Below are positions 19,412 through 29,633 of a stretch of 64,000 nt of DNA, piece by piece. Source of the DNA: Nitrospiraceae bacterium. GTDB lineage: Bacteria; Nitrospirota; Nitrospiria; Nitrospirales; Nitrospiraceae. The translations under genes were made by a program, and so were the position numbers. The notes under the pieces are model-generated. The model searched no databases, had not been told where the DNA came from, and saw nothing but the letters and a program-made list of their open reading frames with translations. Every line of letters begins with the position of its first letter. Position 1 is the first letter of the stretch. Where the stretch lies: contig JBQTJA010000027.1 in the NCBI GenBank assembly GCA_052387595.1, positions 11,772-75,771 of the forward strand. Direction: 5' to 3'.

Positions 19412-20221
19412 ATGGATTCAAGACAGAAGCCCGATCACAGTCCGACCTTTCTGCGTCACTACACATACGACCCTCCTCTGCCCAAGTCAACCGGCCGACG
19501 CGCGGCGACTCGTGTGCTCCTCTGGAGCACCGCACTCATCGGACTTCCGTTGGGCCTCCTGGCCGTGAGCTGGCTGATCATGCTTCCCGACACAGACCTC
19601 CTTGCGAGGACCAACCCAAAATCGACGGCGCTTATGGATCATCGGCAGACTCAGGCGAAGGAGCAGGGCCGTGCTGCCCTACGACAGTGGATGTGGGTGC
19701 CGCTCTCACGTATCTCTCCTCACCTTCGCCATGCGGTCGTGGCGGCTGAAGATGCGTCGTTTTTCACGCACGAAGGATTCGACTGGGAAGGAATGAAAGA
19801 GGCCGCGAAATACAATCTCGAAGCAGGTGAACTCAAGCGTGGGGGAAGCACAATTACGCAGCAGCTGGCCAAAAACCTTTACCTGTCATCCGAACGATCC
19901 CTCTTTCGAAAAGCGCGGGAAGCCCTGATTACGCGTTCACTCGAACAGCATCTGACGAAAAAGCGTATTCTCGAGCTGTACCTCAACGTCGCCGAGTGGG
20001 GACAGGGCGTCTATGGCGCTGAAGCCGCGGCCCGTCATCACTTCGGGAAATCCTCGTATGATCTCACAGCCGACGAAGCCGCCTGGTTGGCGGCCATGTT
20101 ACCGTCGCCGCGCCGATATGACCCCCTGCGAAGAACCAGTTTCCTCACTCGCCGCCACGAACGTATTCTGAAATGGATCGATCGGCAGTCCACAACACCC
20201 ATCCCAATCTCCGACGAGTAG
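19412..20221 (+). CDS. mtgA: Monofunctional biosynthetic peptidoglycan transglycosylase
   Basis: AAEDASFFTHEGFD, GGSTITQQLAKNL, RKAREA and ELYLNVAEWG (GT51 motifs). Confidence 0.95.
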   Translation: MDSRQKPDHSPTFLRHYTYDPPLPKSTGRRAATRVLLWSTALIGLPLGLLAVSWLIMLPDTDLLARTNPKSTALMDHRQTQAKEQGRAALRQWMWVPLSRISPHLRHAVVAAEDASFFTHEGFDWEGMKEAAKYNLEAGELKRGGSTITQQLAKNLYLSSERSLFRKAREALITRSLEQHLTKKRILELYLNVAEWGQGVYGAEAAARHHFGKSSYDLTADEAAWLAAMLPSPRRYDPLRRTSFLTRRHERILKWIDRQSTTPIPISDE

Positions 20222-20237
20222 ACCTGCTGAGCCGTCG

Positions 20238-20681
20238 CTACTCTGAATACTCAGAAGCGTCGCCGACCTGACCGTGATCTGCTTCTCCGAAGATGGCCGA
20301 CTCGTAGGTGTAGTGTTTGAATTCGAGTAGGTTGTGGGACGGATCTTCGAGAAAAAATGTGCGGTGCTCGATACGGGTGCCAGGAAATCGCACACGAGGT
20401 TGTTGATAGAAAGTAAGCCCCTTCTCCTTGGCCCGATCCGCCAGCGCCTGCCATTCTTCCTGTGAGAGAAACACCAATCCAAAATGACTCGGGTAAATTC
20501 CTTTCTGTTTCGCGGATTCATCCGGCACGACGTGTGCGACAAGCTGATGACCGGCAAGACCAAGCGTGACAGCCTGTTTCGATCGACGCCCGACGGTACA
20601 GCCTAGGCCGTCCGCATAGAACCGAAGCGTGGCTTCTACGTCGTGAATCGGAAAGGCGAGATGAAAGATAGTTCGCGGCAT
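20238..20681 (-). CDS. VOC/glyoxalase family protein
   Basis: FHLAFPI...FYADGLGC...HFGLVF...FFLEDPSHNLLEFK. Confidence 0.88.
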   Translation of the reverse strand: MPRTIFHLAFPIHDVEATLRFYADGLGCTVGRRSKQAVTLGLAGHQLVAHVVPDESAKQKGIYPSHFGLVFLSQEEWQALADRAKEKGLTFYQQPRVRFPGTRIEHRTFFLEDPSHNLLEFKHYTYESAIFGEADHGQVGDASEYSE

Positions 20682-20798
20682 TGTTCACATCAAGTTGCCC
20701 GTTTTGCACCTGATGACCAAAATACAAATCATAAACGTCCCCGCTTTTCCCTTCGTACACGGGGGTAAGTCCTTATGGACGCCACGCTACTGAAACGA

Positions 20799-21920
20799 TC
20801 AAGACGCTGCCTTAGCCATTAGTATTTCATCTATGTGCACTGCGATATGGTTAACGGTCTCAGCAATGTTCTTGCGAGCGTTGACAACAGTCGCGTCCGA
20901 AAGTTGAAGCTGCACCTTTGCAATCTGGTTCGACCCTCCACCTATTACAAGTTTGGCAATGGCTTTTAGGCGAAGCGCCTCAATAAACTCGTTCCTAACA
21001 TTGATAAAGGCATCATACTCCGCATGAGAAACATTTTTGTTCATCCAAGCTTTCGGTTGGTAGGGATTCACTTCATAGTGAAGATACAGCTCTAGCGCCC
21101 CCTTTAGACAATGAAACTGTAGCTCGAAATGGATATTGCAATTCTTTCTAGCATCGAGCTGATATGCACCGTCAATTCTTTTCATCTCTGTTGGATGCCA
21201 CGTATCCTTTGAAATAACAACTCCAAAATATCGCCTACCTTGGGCGCTCGACCGAAACGGATATTCGACCTCCAACCCGCCCTGAAGAGAGATACTTTGT
21301 ACAAATGACTTGAAGTATAGATAATTGCCCTCAAGAGGATCCATTTGGCCAAGTTTCGCAAGCAATAAATCTCCCTCCGCGATAGCGGCATTGGAGTAGA
21401 AATCTTGAAGCAATGCTTCCCATGCATCGAGAAGGAGTTGAGCAAGGGGATCTTCAACCGGTGGAAGTTTCCTAACCGTTTCAAGAAACTCTTTATAGGT
21501 AACCAATCGAAATATCTGTACTGGTTCTTGGTCAGTGTGCAAGGTCAGAAAAACGAACTTCACATCAACGTCGACCTGAGCCCAATCTAGTTGGCGTTTA
21601 ATCTCCTGCACGCATTCCAAAGATGAATAGCGACTCGTTTGACCCTCACCTTCCTCAGCCTTAAGTTTGTTCTCCAAGATAATCAAGGTCTTTTTATCTG
21701 AACCATCAAGAGCCAGGATCAAATCCGGCACCCCGTTCGAGCCAGTGGAGACTCGCGTACGAGCGATCACTTTGCTAACTTTTGATACCTGCACGTCACA
21801 GATGTTCTCAAAAAAAGCCTGACGGAACAGTGGCGAGACCTCTATACAGTATCGGAGCAAATTTGTAATTACGTCTTCCTTGCTCGCAATACCAAGTATG
21901 GTCAAGATGTTTTGGTCCAT
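20799..21920 (-). CDS. PD-(D/E)XK nuclease superfamily protein
   Basis: VPDLIL...IILENKLKAEEGEGQTSRY fits PD...ExK followed by a QxxRY helix. More AT-rich than the flanking genes. Confidence 0.75.
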   Translation of the reverse strand: MDQNILTILGIASKEDVITNLLRYCIEVSPLFRQAFFENICDVQVSKVSKVIARTRVSTGSNGVPDLILALDGSDKKTLIILENKLKAEEGEGQTSRYSSLECVQEIKRQLDWAQVDVDVKFVFLTLHTDQEPVQIFRLVTYKEFLETVRKLPPVEDPLAQLLLDAWEALLQDFYSNAAIAEGDLLLAKLGQMDPLEGNYLYFKSFVQSISLQGGLEVEYPFRSSAQGRRYFGVVISKDTWHPTEMKRIDGAYQLDARKNCNIHFELQFHCLKGALELYLHYEVNPYQPKAWMNKNVSHAEYDAFINVRNEFIEALRLKAIAKLVIGGGSNQIAKVQLQLSDATVVNARKNIAETVNHIAVHIDEILMAKAAS

Positions 21921-21992
21921 AGCACCTATTCCCTAACCTGAATTGTGCAGCTACGAAGTTGGCTCTGCCCCCAATACACAACCAAGTAGTAT

Positions 21993-22737
21993 CTAAATGG
22001 GTGGCCTCGGATTATTGGAGAGGTGGCGGTTTTCCCAGAATGGCCTTAACTTGCCTGCGAGCTTATTGATGAGACTGTGAGGCATAAAGCGATAATCAAA
22101 AAATGGGGTGAGTACTATGCCCGACTTCTCATAGATCCTGCAATTATCGAATCTGTCGTATGTGCCGACAGGCTTGAGGCAAGCCTCAAAATAACGCCAA
22201 AATGTAGAACCAAAGCAGACTGTAATTACCGGATTGGCATCCTTCCATGCAGACCTTAAGAGGCAGAAGCGATCATTGGTGACTCTCTTCTTGTAATTAC
22301 TAAGATCTTCCCTCCCCTAACCCAAATACATTCCTGTAATGATCTGGCCAATTGGAGGTGCTACTCTTCCCCAAAGGAAACAAATTCGCCTGGAAGGTAA
22401 TGCCATCTAGCTGAAAAAGTTTTTTGTTGCGGAATTCCTTCCATCCTTCGAAATCATCCCGATTCGGATTTGTGATTGCCACCATTAGTTTGCTCATTAT
22501 GTCGTATATCTTGGTGTATCCGAGACGCTTATCCTTAGCTTCTCTTTCAACTTCGCCCTCTTCGGCCGGAAACCAACGACACGCGTATTTATCATACTGC
22601 TGTTGTTCATCCTCTGGATGCTTCCCCCACGTACCAGCCTCTTCGATACCAATGAACCAAATCGGAGCATGGAGGACACCAAACCCTATGAACTCATTAA
22701 CAATCCTGAATCGCTCTTCTGTGGCATTAGTAGCCAT
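21993..22737 (-). pseudogene. Uncharacterised ~247-aa protein split by a single +1 frameshift
   Basis: MATNATEERF...IWFIGIEEAG...FQANLFPLGKS...GLGE. Removing one G in the run at 22310-22317 continues the frame EDLSNYKKRVTNDRFCLLRSAW...ITVCFGS...VLTPFFDYRFM...PPI* to TAG at 21993. Confidence 0.7.
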
Positions 22738-22876
22738 AGCTGAGATACCGTTCACCCCTTTTATGCCTCCATCCATAGAACCTGCCAACCTCTTCCAAAA
22801 CGCGGCAAATAAGGTCTTACTTGTTCGGTCCAGTGTGAGCTTTAATGCTGAAGAAGATCTTACACTCTCCTCCATT

Positions 22877-24139
22877 CTACGATGCGCAAAACCCGACGCT
22901 CTCTCGTTCACCCACTGCTTCTCCCTGTTTTGAGGCCGATTTGCGCTGTAGTCGAAGCGTGTCCAGGCTCTTGAGGAGATGGTCATCAGTAGGATCGACT
23001 TCATCATGCGCGCATTCGAGCAACGCACTCACGATGATCTCTTGGACATAGGCCATTGAAAACCCTTCGGATCGTCGAGCCGTCGCCTCAAGCGCCGATT
23101 CGGAGAAGAATGTTCCTCCTTTCCTGCGGAGGAGTTCAAGACGTTGTTCATACTTAGGCAGGTCAAATCGCCAGACTCGATCGAACCGGCTCGGACGGTG
23201 AATCAGGGCTGGGTACAGTTTGTCCGGCTCGTTACAGGTGGCAATCACCAGCACGCCGTTCAATACTTTAAGCCCATCCAACAGGTTCAAGAAGTGAGAT
23301 ACTGAGACGCCTTTGGCATTCACGATCCGGTCGAGATCCTCCAGCAACACAACCGCCGGCGTACAGCCCTGGGCTAGATCCAAGGCATTACGGAGCATGC
23401 TATCGTCCACATCCACTGTCCCCAATACGGAAATGAATTTTGCAGGCGTGTTGGACGCCAGCGTCTTGAGCGTGAGCGTTTTCCCGCAGCCTGGCGGTCC
23501 GGCAAACAGGAATCCTCGACGGTGCGGAATGCCAAGAGCCGCGTACCGTTCCGGGCTCGCGAAGAACCCTTCGACGTTGCTCCGGATGTCCCGCGCCATC
23601 TGGGCGGGTAGCACCAGATCATCCCACGAACTTGCGGTTACCGGGATATTCTAGCCATTGACGACATAGATCTCCTTCTTCTTTTCCTTGAGTCTGGCTT
23701 TGCCGTACCGGTCCAGGACGAGAATAAGGTCTCGAAAGGCAGCAAGGGACTTGGTTGCAACGAAATAGATTCCAAAGCAGCCCTTACCCAATATAAGCGA
23801 GAACATGTGACAGTGGATGTCTTGGCCGTTCCAGATCAATTCAATGTTCCCTCGCCAGCCATAGGCATTCGCTTCTTCGGAAACAGCGTTCAAATCATCT
23901 GCTTCAGACTCGCGGCAAGCAGGCATCGAATTTTGAAACGTTCCCGCCCCAACGAGCGGGAGGGCCCTGCGGCGTGTGATTGCCGCCGGGTGCCACTCTC
24001 GGAGGCAATCCAATAGGTAGTTCAGCGACAGCTCTTCAGCTGAGTCACAGCCAAATTCATGGACCAGCCAACCTGCCTCACGCGGATGCGCGGCAAGAAA
24101 CCGGCTGCTTTGTCTCTGGAGAAACAGGGACTCACTCAT
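22877..24139 (-). pseudogene. AAA+ ATPase (420 codons) interrupted by one in-frame TAG at 23651-23653
   Basis: ATG 24139 follows an AGGAGG SD. The frame reads ...EIYVVNG*NIPVTASSWDDLVLP... Walker A GPPGCGKT, Walker B LLEDLD, sensor-1 ATCN, and Arg finger RPSRFDR. Confidence 0.85.
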
Positions 24140-24183
24140 GTCTCCCTCCTTCTTGATGTGCAAGGGAACCCTAACACGAGGGA

Positions 24184-24200
24184 GTGACAGAATAGGTCTC
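24184..24200. promoter_or_regulatory. Imperfect palindrome upstream of the AAA gene, candidate WYL-regulator operator
   Basis: GTGACA-GAATA-GGTCTC (4 of 6 arm positions pair) in the gap between the WYL stop and the AAA SD. Confidence 0.2.
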
Positions 24201-24216
24201 TGGAGGCTGGAGACAG

Positions 24217-25203
24217 CTAATGAGAGGATCGATACGATTTGGCGGCGGCTGTCAGCTGACTGGAGACCTGGTCGATCAGGGATTGCGGACCAAGTACTTT
24301 GGCCCCAGGGCCAAGAGAAAGAACCCAGGCGGTCAATTCGTCGAGGCCACCACACTGCATGGTCAGAATCACGGACCCGTCCTTCTGAAGCTTGATCCTC
24401 TGCGTCGGATGCCAACTTCGTTCTTTGACGAAATAGGCCCACTCCGGCGCAATCCAGATTTTCACTTCGTGCGGTGTCTCCTCAATCAAACCAAAGGCTC
24501 GATCGAGACGTTTTGCAAGAGAAACAGACGAGGGGAGATCGAACATGTCTTCTGTGACCGTGACGGTCTTGACTCGCTCCAGCGCGAACATTCGCAGCGC
24601 TGCCGCGTGATGGGAATACCCAATGAGGTACAGACCATACTGGTACAGAATCAGCCCATAGGGATTCACTTTGTAATCTTGTGGACGTTCTCCTGGCTTC
24701 CGGTACCCGTGCAGAACAACCGTGAGTTGGCGAAGCAATGCCTTTCGAACGGATTCGATGACTGGTCTTTGAGTGGCATAGGCCCGGACCGGCCGCTGGA
24801 GAGACGCAAACGTCGTGACGATTCGTTCAAGATGATTTCTGACCTTGTCGGGCAGGCCTGCCTCGACTTTCCTGATGACGGCTTCCAAATCCTCAACGAA
24901 CGGTGTGCCCTTCAAATAGGCCAGATGACTCAGCGCAAGATGGAGCGACATGAGCTCGTACGGTGACACTGCGACTTCAAGCCCTTTGAAGGCGAGAGGA
25001 AGTCTCCACCTTCTCTCTTCCTGCTCCAATGGATAACCTGAGTCCTCAATCTGTTGCAGATCTCGGTGGACCTGGCGTTTCGTGACGTGGAACTCATCGG
25101 CCAGCTCCACCACCGTCGCCCCACCTCTGAGCTGACGAAGCATGACGCTGATACGCGCGACCTGGCTGTAGCGTTTAGGTTTCCGTCCCTTGCGAGGAGC
25201 CAC
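24217..25203 (-). CDS. WYL-domain transcriptional regulator (wHTH-WYL-WCX)
   Basis: HTH region LADEFHVTKRQVHRDL, WYL core VNPYGLILYQYGLYLIG...RMFALERV, and a C-terminal ELTAWVLSLG region. Confidence 0.92.
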   Translation of the reverse strand: MAPRKGRKPKRYSQVARISVMLRQLRGGATVVELADEFHVTKRQVHRDLQQIEDSGYPLEQEERRWRLPLAFKGLEVAVSPYELMSLHLALSHLAYLKGTPFVEDLEAVIRKVEAGLPDKVRNHLERIVTTFASLQRPVRAYATQRPVIESVRKALLRQLTVVLHGYRKPGERPQDYKVNPYGLILYQYGLYLIGYSHHAAALRMFALERVKTVTVTEDMFDLPSSVSLAKRLDRAFGLIEETPHEVKIWIAPEWAYFVKERSWHPTQRIKLQKDGSVILTMQCGGLDELTAWVLSLGPGAKVLGPQSLIDQVSSQLTAAAKSYRSSH

Positions 25204-25215
25204 GGCAGTCCTCAG

Positions 25216-26100
25216 CTATCGGAAGGTATCGTTGACCACGGGGATTCCGCGCCCGGCCCAGTACCCGGCCATCATGTGCGGGGTGGAATGACGAATGGTG
25301 AATCGCCCTTGAGGATTGAGGACCAGGCATCCCGCCGTTCCGTTGATACGCGCGACCAGCTTCTGCAACACAAGTCGTGCCGCAGCGGCCGGCGTCTTTC
25401 CTTGACCTAATCGATCACAGATCTCTTTGGCGATTGCCAAGCGCATGATGCTCTCGCCCCATCCTGTCATCGACACCGCGCCGGTTTCATTGTCAGCATA
25501 GACCCCGCAGCCGATGATCGGCGTATCCCCGACTCGGCCTGGCAACATGAGATCGATCCCGCCGGTCGATGCCCCAGCGGCAACCGTCCCGGCTCGATCG
25601 AGTGCGACGGCTCCGACTGTCCCATGCCGACCCCGATTGTGTGCGGTTTTTTGGAGAGCCGTTTCATAGGAAAACCGGCGCGGCTTGCCTGTGAACGGTT
25701 GCCGCTCCATCTTGAAATGCCTGGCGAGCTTCGTCGCCATCGGTCCCACAAGCAACACATGATCCGTTTCGTCCATCACGCGCCTGGCGGCAGTGATCGG
25801 ATGCACGATACCTTCGATCGAGGCCACCGCACCGGCACCCAAGCTATCCCCTTCCATGATGGACGCATCCATCCGACGCACTCCGTCGAGTTGCAGATGC
25901 GCTCCTGTTCCCGCATTAAAGAGTCCGCTGCGCTCAAGCACACGGATGGCCTGTTCTGCGGCAACGAGCGCGGAGCTGCCCCGATCCAACAGGTGATACC
26001 CGACTTGCAGCGCGGCGCGCAGACAGGCGCCTTGCGGTGAGGTCATCGCGCGAGGGCCGGCGCCCCCGTGCATGAGGATGATGGGGCGGACAGATTTCAA
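25216..26100 (-). CDS. iaaA: Isoaspartyl peptidase/L-asparaginase (Ntn hydrolase)
   Basis: HGGAG, FNAGTG, MDASIM, GTVGAVALD (nucleophile Thr) and GRVGDTP. Confidence 0.93.
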   Translation of the reverse strand: MKSVRPIILMHGGAGPRAMTSPQGACLRAALQVGYHLLDRGSSALVAAEQAIRVLERSGLFNAGTGAHLQLDGVRRMDASIMEGDSLGAGAVASIEGIVHPITAARRVMDETDHVLLVGPMATKLARHFKMERQPFTGKPRRFSYETALQKTAHNRGRHGTVGAVALDRAGTVAAGASTGGIDLMLPGRVGDTPIIGCGVYADNETGAVSMTGWGESIMRLAIAKEICDRLGQGKTPAAAARLVLQKLVARINGTAGCLVLNPQGRFTIRHSTPHMMAGYWAGRGIPVVNDTFR

Positions 26101-26663
26101 TTCAAGAGCAAGTCCCGGGTCTTCCGATAGGCGGGATTCTGCATGCGATCGAGATCGGACCGTACAAAACCCAGACCGGTCACACAGAGTTCAAAGTTCT
26201 CGGACAGTTTTTGAAACAAGGGCAAACTGGTGTCCGCATCATCACGGCCGATCTGCGCCACGATGCCGTACGACCGTTTGCCGGTCTTCACATAGTCCAC
26301 GAGAAAGTCCTTGTGATAAATACGCCCGGCCGTTTTAAGCCGTCGAAGGTACTCAGGAAATAATCCCGCCATGAACAGGGTGAAATCACCAATATGGCGA
26401 TGCACATCTCGTTCACGGTCCAGCGATTGGGCTTCCAGCATGACCTCGGACTCGAAGAGCAAGTCCACAACCGAATCGACCTGCTGATTCTCTCGATTTC
26501 TGATCTTGTAGAGTTGATCCGTATGGGTAAAATCGACTAAAAGATTTGAGACATATGACGTGACCTTGGCATCGGGCCAGCCGAGGTGTTCCGTAAAGCT
26601 CTTCTCGGTTAAGACGCCGAAGAGTTGCCGGAGCGGGTGGCGCGGCGGAACTTCAGTGCCCAT
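26097..26663 (-). CDS. Conserved hypothetical protein
   Basis: Start at MGTEVPP after an AGGAGG SD. Contains RHIGDFTLFMAGLFPE and GKRSY. Overlaps the iaaA start. Confidence 0.8.
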   Translation of the reverse strand: MGTEVPPRHPLRQLFGVLTEKSFTEHLGWPDAKVTSYVSNLLVDFTHTDQLYKIRNRENQQVDSVVDLLFESEVMLEAQSLDRERDVHRHIGDFTLFMAGLFPEYLRRLKTAGRIYHKDFLVDYVKTGKRSYGIVAQIGRDDADTSLPLFQKLSENFELCVTGLGFVRSDLDRMQNPAYRKTRDLLLN

Positions 26664-26780
26664 CTCCACCTCCTGCGAAGTCCGATGAGGCTCGTGTTCA
26701 GTATACCAGATCCCGATACAAAACTGATTTCCACTCTGCTCCATTCTATCGGAACTCCTCCGCCGGATCTTGAGTCGGAA

Positions 26781-27230
26781 TTAGCGCCCCTCCCTGCTGT
26801 CCATCACAAATGTCACCGGCCCGTCGTTCACCAAGGCCACGCGCATATGTGCGGCAAACACACCCGTTTCAACCGGCGTCCCGCATGCCCGCAAATCAGC
26901 TGCGACCTGTTCATAGAGGCGCTTGGCCAGGTCTGGAAGCGCAGCCCCGTCAAAGCTAGGGCGGCGTCCGTTGGTCGTCCGGCCCAACAAAGTGAATTGG
27001 GAGACGAGTAACACCCCTCCACCGACCTCCGTGAGCGATCGATTCATCTTTCCCTGCTCATCGGCAAAAATGCGGAGCCCCCGAATCTTATCGACCAGAT
27101 ACCGGACATCCGACTCATCGTCGCCTTTCGCCACGCCCAACAGGACCATGAGGCCGCATTGTATTCGGCTTACAACCTGTTCATCCACCTCTACCGAAGC
27201 GTGAGTGACTCGTTGGAGAACGGCTTTCAT
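26781..27230 (-). CDS. dtd: D-aminoacyl-tRNA deacylase
   Basis: [17 protein letters not shown] and NDGPVT. Confidence 0.95.
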   Translation of the reverse strand: MKAVLQRVTHASVEVDEQVVSRIQCGLMVLLGVAKGDDESDVRYLVDKIRGLRIFADEQGKMNRSLTEVGGGVLLVSQFTLLGRTTNGRRPSFDGAALPDLAKRLYEQVAADLRACGTPVETGVFAAHMRVALVNDGPVTFVMDSREGR

Positions 27231-27239
27231 CGATTGGCG

Positions 27240-27758
27240 TTACCCTCGCTGCAGTTGAGTCAAGGTCCCTTCCAGAGAGAGCAACTTGCGTTTCATGGGG
27301 AGTCCACCTGAGAAGCCTCCGAGCGAAGCATCGTGGGCGACAATCCGGTGACAAGGAATCACGATCGGCAACGGATTCGCACCGACCGCATTGCCGACCG
27401 CGCGGGCATACTGAGGTCCACCCACACGCGCAGCGATCCATTGATACGAACGGAGCTTGCTATACGGCACGCGCTGCAACGTCCGCCAGACCTGCCGTTG
27501 GAACGTCGTTCCCCCCGTGAGGTCAAGGAGTAGATCGAAAGACTTCCGTCTCCCTGTCAGATAGTCCAACAGCTGACGGCGAGCTGCCTCCAGACTGGGA
27601 GACGTTCCCCATTGCACTGGTTCGCTGAACTGTGCGCTGAGGTCGGATTCAACGGCGCGTTTCCACTGTTTCGGCAATACAATCGCCTGAATCCCCTTCA
27701 AAGATTCGGCGATTCCCATCCAACCCCAGGGCGACTTGAATATTATAGCGTGCCGCAT
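27240..27758 (-). CDS. ogt: Methylated-DNA--protein-cysteine methyltransferase
   Basis: RAVGNA...IPCHRIV active site. Confidence 0.93.
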   Translation of the reverse strand: MRHAIIFKSPWGWMGIAESLKGIQAIVLPKQWKRAVESDLSAQFSEPVQWGTSPSLEAARRQLLDYLTGRRKSFDLLLDLTGGTTFQRQVWRTLQRVPYSKLRSYQWIAARVGGPQYARAVGNAVGANPLPIVIPCHRIVAHDASLGGFSGGLPMKRKLLSLEGTLTQLQRG

Positions 27759-27771
27759 CGACTGCTCCTTG

Positions 27772-29385
27772 TTATCCTATGACTCGACCCAATTTTCTCC
27801 GCACCATACCCCACACAACACTCAATTCATCCGACCCGAACAGGGCATGGACGCCAAAATATCCGCCGAGACTCAACCCAACAGCAGCGACAAGCATGGC
27901 GGATTTCTCGGCCCACTCGTCGGGCTGAGCCCAGACCTGGACACCAGTCACCCACCAACAGGCCATCACGATGGGCACACAGGCCACCAGCACTCGTCCA
28001 GCCGAGCGGATCACTGATTTCCACTCGACACCGCCCAGCCGCCGATCCAACACCACCACAAGAATTCCGCCATTGACCATTGCCGCCAGCGCCGTCGCGA
28101 GTGCCAGCCCTGCCGCTCCAAGGTGCGACATCAACACCAACGAAAACAGGATATTCGCCACCACCGCAATCGCAGCGGAAATGGCCGGCGTAGTGGTGTC
28201 CTTCAACGAATAGAACGCCGAGACGATAATGCGTACCCCACCGAATGCCCACAAGCCAAGGGCATAGCACAGCACCGCAAAGGCGGTCTCAGCGGTATCG
28301 TGCGCCGTGAACGTGCCGTGCTCAAAAAAGAGATGCACGATCGGCGTGCGCAACAGAATCAAACCCACCATCGCCGGTAGAATGATAAAGAGGATCATGC
28401 GCAGGCCGAACCCGAGCGTCGTGCGGAGTTCATCCAGTGCGCCTCGTGCCGCTTGTGCCGATAAGGTGGGGAGGATGGCCGTTGCCAAGGCCACGCCAAA
28501 AATGCCGAGCGGAAACTGGATGAGCCGCATGCCATAAAAGAGATAGGTCGGGCCACCGGCAAAAAACGACCCCAGAATCGTGCTCACGGTGATATTGATC
28601 TGCGTCACCGACAGCCCGAGCAGCGACGGAATCATCAGCCGGCCGATCTTTCGCACCCCGGGATGGCCTGGATTGAACGTGAATCCGAACAACATGCCGC
28701 GCAGCTTGAGCCCAGGCAATTGCATCGCAAACTGCGCCGCGCCACCGGCGACAACACCAATGGCGACACCGAGGATGGGTTCCTGCATGGTTGGCGCGAG
28801 AAACAGCGAGCACCCAATGATGAACAGGTTGAAAAAGACCGGAGAAAACGCCGGGGCCGCGAAGGCTCGCAGAGAATTGAGGATCCCCATGGCCAGCGCG
28901 GCGAGGCTGATAAAAATGAGATAGGGAAACATCATGCGCGTGAGCAACGTCGTCATTTCAAGCCGGGCCGGATCATCATGGAACCCCGGCGCCAAGAGCC
29001 AGACGATACCCGCCGCCCCCAAAATCCCAAGTATGGTAATGCCGGTCACAATAGTCAGCAGCGTCGTGAATACGGCGCTGGCCAGCTCCCACGCATCCTG
29101 CTTGGACTTGAGCGTGTGATATTCGGTGAAGACGGGAATGAACGCGGCGGACATCGAGCCTTCGGCAAAAAGCTCACGAAGCAGGTTCGGGATACGATAG
29201 GCGACGAAGAAGGCATCGGCTGCCGGCGTGGCGCCGAACAGCTTGGCGAGAACCATGTCACGGACAAAACCGAGCACGCGACTGGAGAAGGTCGCGACCC
29301 CGATCATCCCAGCCGCTTTGACGACCGACTGATTCTCGTCCTGGGGTTTGGTGGGAGCACCGGCCGAAACGGGAGACTCTGACAT
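27772..29385 (-). CDS. murJ: Lipid II flippase MurJ (MviN)
   Basis: SRVLGFVRD, AFFVAYRIPNLLRELFAEGSMSAAFIP and LIQFPLG; polytopic membrane protein. Confidence 0.96.
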   Translation of the reverse strand: MSESPVSAGAPTKPQDENQSVVKAAGMIGVATFSSRVLGFVRDMVLAKLFGATPAADAFFVAYRIPNLLRELFAEGSMSAAFIPVFTEYHTLKSKQDAWELASAVFTTLLTIVTGITILGILGAAGIVWLLAPGFHDDPARLEMTTLLTRMMFPYLIFISLAALAMGILNSLRAFAAPAFSPVFFNLFIIGCSLFLAPTMQEPILGVAIGVVAGGAAQFAMQLPGLKLRGMLFGFTFNPGHPGVRKIGRLMIPSLLGLSVTQINITVSTILGSFFAGGPTYLFYGMRLIQFPLGIFGVALATAILPTLSAQAARGALDELRTTLGFGLRMILFIILPAMVGLILLRTPIVHLFFEHGTFTAHDTAETAFAVLCYALGLWAFGGVRIIVSAFYSLKDTTTPAISAAIAVVANILFSLVLMSHLGAAGLALATALAAMVNGGILVVVLDRRLGGVEWKSVIRSAGRVLVACVPIVMACWWVTGVQVWAQPDEWAEKSAMLVAAVGLSLGGYFGVHALFGSDELSVVWGMVRRKLGRVIG

Positions 29386-29633
29386 GGACCGGATTCTAGC
29401 GGAATGCTCGCGGGCCGTCTATCGGCGCATGCAGACGAAGCGCAAAGAGCTTCTCGGGCGTACCACTGCGTACAAACCAATTCACAGTTTGGATTGGACG
29501 GACGAGTCAGGGAGTCATCACCAAGTGGAGTGCTGCGCGATAATAAAAAGAAGTAAAGAACATCGGTTGCTTTCTTGCGGAGCCAGGCCCCTGGCGCTGC
29601 TCAGCGATTCGCGCCAGAGGCTCCGGACGCTCA

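Noticed and set aside
20682-20790. Short frame VYDLYFGHQVQNGQLDV faintly like an IS481 transposase tail at the island edge
   Set aside because: Too short, with no inverted repeat or catalytic motif.
22877-24139. The AAA ATPase as a CBASS Cap6/TRIP13
   Set aside because: No CD-NTase or HORMA gene is adjacent.
24140-24442. N-terminal extension of ORF 23651..24442
   Set aside because: It overlaps the WYL gene on the same strand, and a strong SD precedes ATG 24139.
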